Of a stretch of DNA of 64,000 nt, positions 16,852-26,100 are shown in pieces. Each line of letters opens with the position of its first letter. The first letter of the stretch is position 1. A model generated the notes under the pieces. It saw only the letters and a program-made list of their open reading frames with translations, searched no databases and had not been told where the DNA came from. Source of the DNA: Candidatus Binatia bacterium (GTDB taxonomy: Bacteria; Desulfobacterota; Binatia; HRBIN30); the NCBI GenBank assembly GCA_023150935.1, contig JAKLJW010000008.1, forward strand, positions 1,721 to 65,720. Direction: 5' to 3'. A program made the translations under genes and the position numbers.

Positions 16852-19800
16852 TCGATATCCCAGACGGTCAGGTGCGACGTGACGCCGTGTGTGTCCGGCA
16901 ACCCGTCCCGCTCGTTGAGTCCCCGCTCGCGTTGGTCGGGCCGGTCGGCGTCGGGCCGCGGAGCCGGCAGGCGGCCCAGCGCGGGATGGTCGGGAGTGCA
17001 GAGCACCTCGCGCAAGCTGACCGCGTGTCCGTGGTGCAGAAACCGCGGCGGCCGCGCCCACAGGCCGCGCAGCGACGGCGCCACGAAGAACCCTTCGCGC
17101 TCCTCGACGCGCCCGCCATCGTCCGGATCCCAGGGGCGAACGTAGCCGTTGATCGCGTCGATCCGGTCAGCGCTGACGAGGGTGTGCGCGTCGTCTCGGG
17201 CGGCCGGTGTGACGAGCGGCGGGAAGGCCCGGTTCTGATTGTACGCGTGTTGTTTGTCGGTAAAGGCCGGCGCCGGATGACAGCCGGCGCAGCCGACCCG
17301 CGGGCTTTCGAACAGCGCCCGTCCGTGCCGCACCATCGGGTCGCCGGGATCGACCGGGTTGGGCAGCAGGCGCGGCTCGCCGCGCTGGTAGTCGCCGATG
17401 AACTTCTGCAGCTCGCGGAACGAGTAGGCGCGGCCGAGGTATCTTGCCGAGATCCGTGCAAAGTGCCGGTCGCGCCGCTTGAGCAGGTCGGCCAGCGTCA
17501 CGCCTTCCCGGTTCCACGCCCGGCCGGTGGCAACCACGATCGTGTCGGCCGAGGTCGCGTAACGGGCGGCGTCCTCGGCGGTGACACGGATGCCGTCGAA
17601 ATCGCCCGCCGGCGTGTGCCCCTGGAAGTCGACCAGCGGGTTGTGCTCCATCATCATGGTCAAGGGCTCGTCGATCGACAGTGTGCCTTCGACGAAGAAG
17701 GGGACCTTCTGAACCAGCGCCCGGAGGTCGGGAACCTCACGGCTGCCTCCCGTACGCTCGTCGCCGTGGCGGCTCTGGCCCATAACCTGGCTGACGCTCC
17801 ACTGCTTCCCGTCGGAGGTATCGCGGTAATGGCAATGAACGCAGCTCTGATCCTGGTCGACCGAGAACACGCTGGTCTGCACGAAGAACTCGCCGCGTTC
17901 GAAGTCAGTGGCCGGGAACGCTTGGGGTAGCCGCGATACCGAGCGGGTGACGGTTGTACCGTCGCGCATATCGACGAACGTGACGCTCTCGTCGAGGTGG
18001 TTGGCGACCACCAGCGTCGACCCGGCGACCGCCAGACCCGTAGGTTTGAGGCCGGTGGCGAAGACGCGACCGGGGCGCAGTCGCCCGGACGGCGGCGCAT
18101 CGACCGAAACGTGCCATTCCTGCACTTCGAAGGTGCCCGACATGGAGACGAACAGGCGGTCGCCGTCCGCGGCGATCTGTTCCGGGAAGGCGCCGGCGAC
18201 GCGCAGAAGATCCGGCGGCAGATCGCCTTTGACGTCGCCGGGAAGGGCTTCGAACGAATCGGACGTGTAGCGAGTGAAGGTCTCCGAAGCCGTGTACACA
18301 TCGACGCGCTCAGCGCCCGGATCGAGGATGACGATGTCGTTGCCGATGTCGCGGAACTTCTCCTGCGCGGTGCCGTCGACGGCATCGAACCGACCGAGCG
18401 GCCGTTGCCTGTCGAGCGGCAGCGGCCGGGCCGTGGCGGGATCGCGCCACAGCGTGAAATCGGCGTTCGGCTCGCGGGAATCGAGGCTCTCGCGACCGGC
18501 GTCGTGGTCGCCAGGGTGTCCCGAACCGACGTTGAGCGTGGCGAACACGAGTCGGCCTCGCGCCCAGGCGATGTCGTTGACCGGCGAACGGGTGAAGATG
18601 CGCCGCGTCTCGCGCCGCGAGCCGAGATCGACCACCGACACGTCGAGCGACCCGGTGTTGGCGACGTACAGCGTGCTGCCGTCCGGCGCGATGGCCATGT
18701 CGCGCGGTTTGTCGCCGACGGAGATGCCAGGCCCCTCGGTGCCGTCGGCGATCCAACGGCGCAGCGCTGCGAAGTCGGGATCGCGGTCCGGTTCCGGAAA
18801 CACGACGCCGCCGGGGTGATGCTTGCCGTCGATGCTGTCGGCACGGCCACCGTGACGCGTTGCGGTCACCGCAAGGAGAAGCGGACTGAGTTCCGGCGCT
18901 CCGGCGCGCGCGTGGACGACCGTGCTCCGAAAGATCTGCCGGTCGTCGCGACCGGCATAGAACCCGCCGGCCGCATAGAGGTGGCAGCTCGCCGTGCCGC
19001 AGCGGGCGCGCAGGACGCCTTTGATGCCGTCGGGACCGCCCGTTTGCGGGGGCGGGGCGATTTCCTCGAGCGGGGCGAAGCCGCAGCGCACGCACCGGGT
19101 CGCCGCCGGGTTGGCATCGCGCCATCCACACATGGGACACTTGCGCCACCCGGTCGGGTGGCGCCGTGGCGTACCGAAAAACCGGCGGCGGTCGAAACCC
19201 AGCTCGCGCAGCCGACCGGAGAGCCGGTCGTCGTCCCACGTCAGGTCGACCACGAGCACCTGGTTCGTCCAGAAGTTCGAGACGTAGACCGTGCGCCCAT
19301 CCGGCGCGAAGATCAGATCCTCGGCGTAGAACGGCACGGGGATGCTGGAGACGACGCGGTCGGTGGCGACGTCGATCACGGATAGGTAGTTGGAGAATCG
19401 ATTGGTGACGACGACCCAGCGACCCGTGGGGTGCAGAGCGATTCCGTACGGGTGGGACCCGACGGCGACGCGGCCGATCTCGCGCCGGCGGGGCACGTCG
19501 AAGACAACGACCTCCGACCCCGGAGCGATCTCCTTGCCGGCGAGCGTCACGTAGGCCCTGGCACCGTCGAGGGTGGCCGCGACGCGGTAAGGCCGGGTGC
19601 GAAGCGGCTGGCGGGGCAGCGACGGATCGGGGTTGGCGACGGGCAACAGGTTCCGGGGCGCCTCCGGGGCCGAGCTATCGTCGGGCGTGCCTGCAAGGTC
19701 AACCGGCGGTGCCACCGGCACCGCCCGCCCGGCATCGTGGTTGCCGGCAGAATTACGGTACAGCGAAACCCCGATGCCGGTAACGAGCGCGGCGCACGCC

Positions 19801-19892
19801 AGGACGGCGAGCCAGAGATCTCCCCTGTCTTGGCGGTCGATCGGCCGCCGTCGAGGGCGAGGGATTCGACTTGATCCCGGAAGCTCGAACAT
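16818..19892 (-). CDS. Large (about 1024 aa) anchored YVTN-type beta-propeller protein with a C-terminal di-haem peroxidase/MauG-like region
   Basis: ATG at 19892. Anchor LWLAVLACAALVTGIGV. YVTN-like blades (GSHPYGIALHPTGRWVVVTNRFSNYLSVIDVATDRVV..., YVSNFWTNQVLVVD, LYVANTGSLDVSVVD). Zinc-ribbon-like CPMCGW...CVRCGF. One CGTASCH (CX4CH). CVHCHYRD and CAGCHPAPAFTD sit in a CCP/MauG-like tail. Confidence 0.75.
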   Translation of the reverse strand: MFELPGSSRIPRPRRRPIDRQDRGDLWLAVLACAALVTGIGVSLYRNSAGNHDAGRAVPVAPPVDLAGTPDDSSAPEAPRNLLPVANPDPSLPRQPLRTRPYRVAATLDGARAYVTLAGKEIAPGSEVVVFDVPRRREIGRVAVGSHPYGIALHPTGRWVVVTNRFSNYLSVIDVATDRVVSSIPVPFYAEDLIFAPDGRTVYVSNFWTNQVLVVDLTWDDDRLSGRLRELGFDRRRFFGTPRRHPTGWRKCPMCGWRDANPAATRCVRCGFAPLEEIAPPPQTGGPDGIKGVLRARCGTASCHLYAAGGFYAGRDDRQIFRSTVVHARAGAPELSPLLLAVTATRHGGRADSIDGKHHPGGVVFPEPDRDPDFAALRRWIADGTEGPGISVGDKPRDMAIAPDGSTLYVANTGSLDVSVVDLGSRRETRRIFTRSPVNDIAWARGRLVFATLNVGSGHPGDHDAGRESLDSREPNADFTLWRDPATARPLPLDRQRPLGRFDAVDGTAQEKFRDIGNDIVILDPGAERVDVYTASETFTRYTSDSFEALPGDVKGDLPPDLLRVAGAFPEQIAADGDRLFVSMSGTFEVQEWHVSVDAPPSGRLRPGRVFATGLKPTGLAVAGSTLVVANHLDESVTFVDMRDGTTVTRSVSRLPQAFPATDFERGEFFVQTSVFSVDQDQSCVHCHYRDTSDGKQWSVSQVMGQSRHGDERTGGSREVPDLRALVQKVPFFVEGTLSIDEPLTMMMEHNPLVDFQGHTPAGDFDGIRVTAEDAARYATSADTIVVATGRAWNREGVTLADLLKRRDRHFARISARYLGRAYSFRELQKFIGDYQRGEPRLLPNPVDPGDPMVRHGRALFESPRVGCAGCHPAPAFTDKQHAYNQNRAFPPLVTPAARDDAHTLVSADRIDAINGYVRPWDPDDGGRVEEREGFFVAPSLRGLWARPPRFLHHGHAVSLREVLCTPDHPALGRLPAPRPDADRPDQRERGLNERDGLPDTHGVTSHLTVWDIECLTRYVLSIE

Positions 19893-19987
19893 CCCCCAAC
19901 CGCCGTAGTCCCGTGAGGAGTTGAAGACAGCCAGCATATGCGACGCGAACGAAGGGGCGGTCAAGTACCTCATCCCGCTGCGCAGTC

Positions 19988-20125
19988 AGGTCCCTCTCCT
20001 TCGAACATTGGGATGGGTGGGACCGGGGATGGGCAAGTGCAATGGCGGGCAGCCATCGGGGTCGGCATCGGCATCGGTATCGATCCGATTCCCTCGATCC
20101 CGATAGCGGTTCCGACCCCGACCCC
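19988..20125. repeat. Composite repeat, right copy: palindromic hexamer-repeat element (core 20032-20125)
   Basis: Homologous to 8201-8340 and in the same orientation. The core is ggcaagtgcaatggcgggcagccatcggggtcggcatcggcatcggtatcgat...cgatagcggttccgaccccgacccc. Confidence 0.85.
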
Positions 20126-20130
20126 ACGGC

Positions 20131-20190
20131 AACAGCACCCCACCGCGGAGTCAGGTCCCTCTCCCAGCGGGAGAGGTCAGGTGAGGGGAT
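20131..20190. repeat. 60-bp inverted repeat, left arm, flanking the DUF559 fragment
   Basis: aacagcaccccaccgcggagtcaggtccctctcccagcgggagaggtcaggtgaggggat. The reverse complement of 20453-20512 matches at 56/60 positions. Contains an internal 8-bp hairpin cctctccc/gggagagg. Confidence 0.9.
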
Positions 20191-20207
20191 CCACATCCTC
20201 CCGCAGT

Positions 20208-20444
20208 TCAGTCCCGTGTCACGATCGCCACGCCCCGCACCGCTTCCCCAATTCTCGCCAGCACACCCTCGATGTTTTCAATCACGTCGTTGTTCCAGAA
20301 CCGCACAACCCGGCACCCCGAGAGTTTCAGAAACCGGGCACGCTCTTGGTCGTATTCCCGTTGCTCCAAGTGCTGACCGCCATCTACTTCCACCACCAGC
20401 CTCGATTCCACGCAACAGAAGTCGACGTGACGCTCGTGCCTCAT
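20208..20444 (-). pseudogene. DUF559 (Vsr-like endonuclease domain) fragment, N-terminally truncated
   Basis: 78 aa: ...VDFCCVESRLVVEVDGGQHLEQREYDQERARFLKLSGCRVVRFWNNDVIENIEGVL. This is the C-terminal two-thirds of a DUF559 domain. An in-frame TAA lies just upstream of the ATG. Confidence 0.75.
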
Positions 20445-20452
20445 TCGATCTT

Positions 20453-20512
20453 ATCCCCTCACCTGTCCTCTCCCGCCGGGAGAGGAACCTGACTCCGCGG
20501 CGGGGTGCTGTT
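20453..20512. repeat. 60-bp inverted repeat, right arm
   Basis: atcccctcacctgtcctctcccgccgggagaggaacctgactccgcggcggggtgctgtt. Pairs with 20131-20190. Confidence 0.9.
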
Positions 20513-20533
20513 ACCGTGCTGTGGCGGGCATCG

Positions 20534-20566
20534 AACGCGCGCGGAGCGCGCGTTTCACCTGGGCGG
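20534..20566. repeat. GC hairpin repeat, right copy
   Basis: aacgcgcgcggagcgcgcgtt + tcacctgggcgg. Homologous to 8404-8435. Lies 9 bp beyond the stop of the minus-strand gene that ends at 20575. Confidence 0.7.
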
Positions 20567-20574
20567 GCCGGTGG

Positions 20575-23127
20575 TTACTGCGGTACCGCCCGCCAACTCC
20601 GGTGCGCCGGCACGCCGATCTCCGGCGCATGGCCGAGCACCGCGTACGGATATGCGAAGGCCAGGGCATCGCGCTGCACGTCGAGCGGCGGGGCGTCGCC
20701 CAGGTACGGCGCGATCAGCAACCGGAAATGCTGCCGCTGTCCGTTGTAGGAAGGCGCATGCGGATCGGTAGTGTCCGCCAGCTTCTCCGCCAGGAACTTG
20801 CCGAGACCCGTGACCCCCGTGGCGTAAGAGAGTTGCCGGCCGTAGTAGCTGCCGAAGGGATTGAGAAAGATGAGCGTCTCGTTGCCGTCGCGGCGCGTGC
20901 GCATCGGGCAGAACGCGAAACACGCCATCGCATCGGCCGTCTGCGCAACCAGCAACCCGCGTTCGCCGTCGCTGACGGCGACCCAGCCGTGGGTGACGTG
21001 GTTGTTGAACGCGTCGAGTTCGCGGTTAGCCGAGAAGGCGCCGTACTCGGGCTCGTAGCTGCTGACGTGCCCGAAGTAATTGTGCTTCCACACCCGCAGC
21101 GGGCGTCCCGGTCGACCGCGCAACGCCGGCACGATCTCGCACGGCATCACCTCGTGCCAGTGGCCGTCGTAAACCTGTTCGAGGCGCCGTGCCCGCTCGC
21201 GCTTGAAGTTGCGCGAGTGCGTGTGCGGATAGCGGACGCGCGTATCCACGAACAGGTACGGCAGGCCGGTCGCCAACAGGTACTCGCGCTCGAACTCCAC
21301 GTCGGCGGCAGGCTCGCTGTAGATGGTCGCTTTCCCGCGCACACCCACGATCCCGATATTGCCATCGCCGAGTGCGGCTACGGTCGTGGGTTCCCATTGC
21401 GTCACCCGGGTTACGGCCCCGCGGTAGGTCACGGCGCTGCGCATGACTTCTCCCGCGCTCCATTGCTGTCCGAGCGCGGTCAGGCCCACTGGCCGGCCCG
21501 CGGCGTCGAAGGCGAGGGTCAGATGCTCGTTAAGCAGCACACCGTCGCGCGCGATGACGGTCCCCGACGACGGCGCGATCGCGGGTGCTCCCAGTTCGAG
21601 GCGGTACGGGCGCCGCTCGCCCGCCTCCAGCGTCGCCACGAAGAGCAGTTCGCCGTCGGCGTTGCCGGGAGCGCCGGAAAGGCCACGCACCGCCGCGGTC
21701 TGCCTCCGGCCGTCGCCGGTGACGACCGCGGCGCCAGCCGGCGGCGCGGCAGCGAGGCGCAGCGGCAGTCGCACCAGCGCCCGCGACGGGGCGGCGGCGT
21801 AGGTTACGGCGTCGGTGGAGACGCCGCGCACGTAGTCCACGAGCGAGAACGAAAAGCCCTGCGGATCTTCGGCCGTGGCGCCGGCGGCCAGATCGAAGGC
21901 CCGGGCGGCCTCGGCGACCGCTTCGTCGACCAGGGCGGTGACCGTGTGCAGCCGGGTCTTGTTGACGATCGGGGAGGCCAGACCGAAGTGAGTGGTCGAA
22001 AGCGCGAGGAGGCGCGCCTGCGCCGCGGCCTCGAGCCGCGCCGCGATGACGTCGCGGTCGCCGCCGGAGAGGGAATCGTCGCACAGGCGGCGCGCCTGCA
22101 GGTCGAGGATGCGGGCCCGTTCGATGCCCGTCCAGATGTGATGGTTCGACCATTTCTCCGCCCAGCTCGAGTAACCGTCGAAACTGCCGTCGGCCGTGTC
22201 CTGCGCAATGACGATATCGGCCAGAGGGGGGTGGGTTTCCAGGTACGCGCCGGGGGTCGTGAAGGCGACGAAGTCGAGCCCGCGGGCAATATCGATCAAA
22301 CCGTCGAGGCCGCGAAGCTCCGGCATGAGACGATCGATCAGCGGCACGGAGACCCCGGCCCAGAAAGGGTCGTCGGCGTCGGCATCGAGCAGGAGCAGGA
22401 AGTCGATCGGCTCCGCCATGGCGAGTTGATAGCGCCGCAAGCGCCGCAGCCAGCGCGCGAACGAGACGTGCTCGGCGAGGTCGCCGTGGTTGTGCGCCGG
22501 CAGGAGGACCATGGAGCGCTCGATACCCGAGTAGGTCAGGCGCAGCGGATTGCAGCGCCGTTCGAGGGGCAACGGCGGCACGAAGTTGCTGAAGGCGTTG
22601 AACGGCACGCCGCTGTAATAGAGGCTGATGCAGTCGATGCCGTGGCGCGGGTACAGAGCCAGGTGCAGCGGCGTGTACATCATCTCCTGCGGGCGTACGA
22701 TCGGCGCGAAAGTGCCGAAGAGGTCGCGTACGCCCGACCCGGCTGCGTTGGTCAGGGCGCGAGAGATAGCGGCGTCGAATTCGCTGGCCGTGTGCGCGGC
22801 AATCAAACCGTTGTTGTACGACATCGCCTCGACTTCGTCCTGCCCGGCGGCGACGCGGCGCCGGATAGCGGCGATCAGGTCGGGGCAGTGCGCGGGCATG
22901 ATACGTTCGAGCGAGAAGTAGTTCTCGATATCCCAGGTGCCGCGCACCGGCACGCCGCGCGCATTCCAGGTGTCGAGGACCTCGACGATCCGGCGGATGA
23001 TGCGGATGTCCTTGCCGAAGCCGTCCTCGTCGACCGTGTCGCCGCGGTAGGAATGGTAGAAGTTCGCGTGAAAGCGAAACGCGAGATGGATCCGCGGCGC
23101 AGAGGCGGCTGCCGGCGTGCCTGCCAT
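20575..23127 (-). CDS. Large cytoplasmic protein, possibly a GH57/GH38-clan glycoside hydrolase or polysaccharide-processing enzyme
   Basis: ATG at 23127 is preceded by AAGGAG at 7-nt spacing. N-terminus RIHLAFRFHANFYHSYRGD...WDIENYFSLE...RPQEMMYTPLHLALY resembles the (beta/alpha)7 N-domain of GH57-like enzymes. The family assignment is weak. Confidence 0.4.
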   Translation of the reverse strand: MAGTPAAASAPRIHLAFRFHANFYHSYRGDTVDEDGFGKDIRIIRRIVEVLDTWNARGVPVRGTWDIENYFSLERIMPAHCPDLIAAIRRRVAAGQDEVEAMSYNNGLIAAHTASEFDAAISRALTNAAGSGVRDLFGTFAPIVRPQEMMYTPLHLALYPRHGIDCISLYYSGVPFNAFSNFVPPLPLERRCNPLRLTYSGIERSMVLLPAHNHGDLAEHVSFARWLRRLRRYQLAMAEPIDFLLLLDADADDPFWAGVSVPLIDRLMPELRGLDGLIDIARGLDFVAFTTPGAYLETHPPLADIVIAQDTADGSFDGYSSWAEKWSNHHIWTGIERARILDLQARRLCDDSLSGGDRDVIAARLEAAAQARLLALSTTHFGLASPIVNKTRLHTVTALVDEAVAEAARAFDLAAGATAEDPQGFSFSLVDYVRGVSTDAVTYAAAPSRALVRLPLRLAAAPPAGAAVVTGDGRRQTAAVRGLSGAPGNADGELLFVATLEAGERRPYRLELGAPAIAPSSGTVIARDGVLLNEHLTLAFDAAGRPVGLTALGQQWSAGEVMRSAVTYRGAVTRVTQWEPTTVAALGDGNIGIVGVRGKATIYSEPAADVEFEREYLLATGLPYLFVDTRVRYPHTHSRNFKRERARRLEQVYDGHWHEVMPCEIVPALRGRPGRPLRVWKHNYFGHVSSYEPEYGAFSANRELDAFNNHVTHGWVAVSDGERGLLVAQTADAMACFAFCPMRTRRDGNETLIFLNPFGSYYGRQLSYATGVTGLGKFLAEKLADTTDPHAPSYNGQRQHFRLLIAPYLGDAPPLDVQRDALAFAYPYAVLGHAPEIGVPAHRSWRAVPQ

Positions 23128-23171
23128 GATGTCGCTCCTTTCCTCGTCCGCCGGTGCGCCCGGTCTGGGAA

Positions 23172-26100
23172 CTAAGTGGTGTGGCCGCGGTCGATTGCCG
23201 GCGTTGCCGCCGGCGGTAGACCGGGGGCCGCCGAAGGCACACGATCGGCTCGGCGTCCGCTGATTCGCGCCAGGAAGCGGCCGATATCCTCGAGAACCAG
23301 GTACCCGCACGGAACCACGAGCAGCGTGATAAGCGTTGCGAACAGCACCCCATAACCGAGCGAGATGGCCATCGGGATTAGAAACTGCGCCTGGACGCTT
23401 TGCTCCGTCATCAGAGGCAACAATCCGACGAAGGTCGTCAGTGAAGTCAGCACGATGGGCCGAAACCGGGCCACGCCCGCTTCGGTAATCGCGTCGTGGA
23501 CGGTCACGCCTTCGCTGCGGGCCTCGTTGACGAAGTGCACCAACACCAGACTCGCGTTCACCACCACACCGGAAAGGGCGACGATACCGATCACCGACAT
23601 CATGCTCAGATGTCGACCCATCAAGAGGTGCCCGCCGATCGCACCGACGATGCCGAACGGAATCACGCTCATGATGATGAACGGCTGGGTATACGAACCC
23701 AGCGGGATCGCCAGCAACGCGTACACCGCGAACAGCGCCAGAACGTACGCGCCCAGCAAACCCGACAGCGCGCGGGTCTGCTCGCGTTGCTCCCCTTCGA
23801 GATCGTAAGACACCGACGGGTAGTCGGCGAGGATGCGCGGCAGCTTCTCGCCGGTCATATCCTCCAGCACTTCGTTTGCCGTCGTCACCGCGCGGTCGAC
23901 GTCGGCCGTAACGTTGACGACGCGCTTGCGGTCGGTGCGCCGGATCGTCGAATAGCCGCGGCCGAGATCGACCGTGGCCACCGTCGAAAAGGGCACCTCG
24001 GTGCCGTCCGGGGCGCGCACGCGGAGATTTTCGAGATCGCCGATCGAAGTTCGATCGCGCTCCGGGTACCGGACCATGACCCGGATGTCGTCGCGCCCGC
24101 GCTGGATGCGTTGCGCCTCCTGTCCGTAGAAAGCCTGCCGCACCTGACGCGCGAGGTCCTGCAGGGTCAACCCCAGCAATTCGGCCGACGGTCGGATGCC
24201 GAGCTTGATCTCGCGCTTGCCGGCACGAAAGGAGTCGGCGATGTCGACGACGCCGGGATAACGCGCGAGTTCGTCCTTTACGCGCCGTGCCGCCTGCGCC
24301 AGTTCATCGATGTCGGTGCCGGCCAACTCGATATCGATGGCGTTGCCGGCCGAAAACAGGTCGGAGGCATACCCGAGCTCGGTCGCTCCCGGCACGGCGC
24401 CGACGAGATCGCGCCAGCGCTGGCCGATCTCCCCGGTGCTGATGTCGCGCTCCTCGGAAGGCACGAGCCCGATCACCACCTCGGCGACATTGCCGCGCAC
24501 TTCGCCGATCCCCTGCACCGCCGCGGGGTTATTGTCCTGCCGGTCCTTCAACGGCTGCGCCCCGACCGCCGTGAGCACGTTCTTGAATAGACTGGCGCCG
24601 GGCCGCGCGTGCGCCGCGTCGATCTCCTGCCGCAACGGCCCCACGGCCGCCGCGATACGGTCGACCGCCGCCTGCGTGACTTCGGCGGTCGTGCCCGGCG
24701 GCATCGTCAGACGGGCTGACAGGTAATCCGCCTCGATGGGCGGAAAGAAGGAGAAGTGCATGCGGCCGCTGGCAACCACCGTGAACGCCAGCAGCAACAG
24801 TACCATCGCAATGGCAATGGTCGTGTAGCGCCATTCCTGCGCCAGCACCAACACCGGGCGGTAGACCTTGTGCGCGAAAGCTATCAACCCATCGCTGCAG
24901 CGGTCTTGCAGCCCCACCCATGCGCGCCCGACTCGGGTACGAGGTCCGCGGTGCGGATGGGCGTGACCGAGATGAGCGGGCAGCACGAATTGCGACTCGA
25001 TCAGCGAACACACCAGGCACGCGATCGACACGATGCCGGCGACGGCGAACACCTGGCCCATCGGGCCCGGCAGCACCACCATCGGCACGAACGTCGCCAC
25101 GGTCGTCAGGACGCCGAAGACCACCGGTACCGTCACCTGTTGCGTGCCGATCACCGCGCCTTCGAGGTTGTTGCCGAGCTTCTCCTGCCAGGTGTGAACG
25201 CTCTCGCCGACCACCGTGGCGTCGTCGACGAGGATGCCGAGCACGACGATGAACGCGAACAGCGAAATGACGTTGATCGAGATGCCGAGCGGATTGAACA
25301 GCGCGAGAGCGCCGAGGAAGGAAATCGGGACGCCGAGGGTTACCCACGCCGCCAGTCGCGTGTGCAGGAACAGCGTGAGCACGATAAACACGAGAATGAA
25401 CCCGCTTCTCGCGTTGCTCAGCAGCGTTTCGAGCCGGCCGCGCAACGGCACCGAATCGTCTTGCCAGACGGTCAGCGAGACGCCCTCGGGCAGCCGCGGT
25501 TGGGCCGTGGCGACGTATTCTTTGACCGCCTCCGCGATCTCGATAACGTCCTGCTGCCCGACCCGAAACACCTGGATCAGCAGCGCGGGTTTTCCGTCGA
25601 AACGTCCCGAGACGCTGGTATCCGCGAAGCCGTCGACGACCGTGGCGACGTCGCCGAGCGTTACCCGGGTGCCGTCGGCGCGCGTGAGGACGATGATGTC
25701 CTCGAAGTCCGGCCCGCGGTACGCCTGCCCTTTCGCGCGCAGCAGGATTTCTCCGCCGGCCGTCTCGATGGTGCCTCCGGGCAGATCGAGCGAAGAGCGG
25801 CGGACGGCGGCGGCGACATGATCGAACGTGATGCCGTGGCGGCGCAGCGCCTCCTCGGAAATCTCGATCGAGATCTCGAACGGCCGCGCCAGTACCACGT
25901 CGACCTGAGTGATCGCCGGATGGGCGGCAAGCTCGTCGCGGATCCGTTCGGCAATGGCGCGCAGGCTGCGCTCGTCGGCGGGCCCGTAGAGGGCGATGTC
26001 GCTCACCGGGCGCCGAATCGTAACGCGCGCCACGATCGGCTTCTCCGTCTCCGTGGGAAACGTGTTGATGGCATCGACGCGGTTCTTGATGTCGGTGAAC

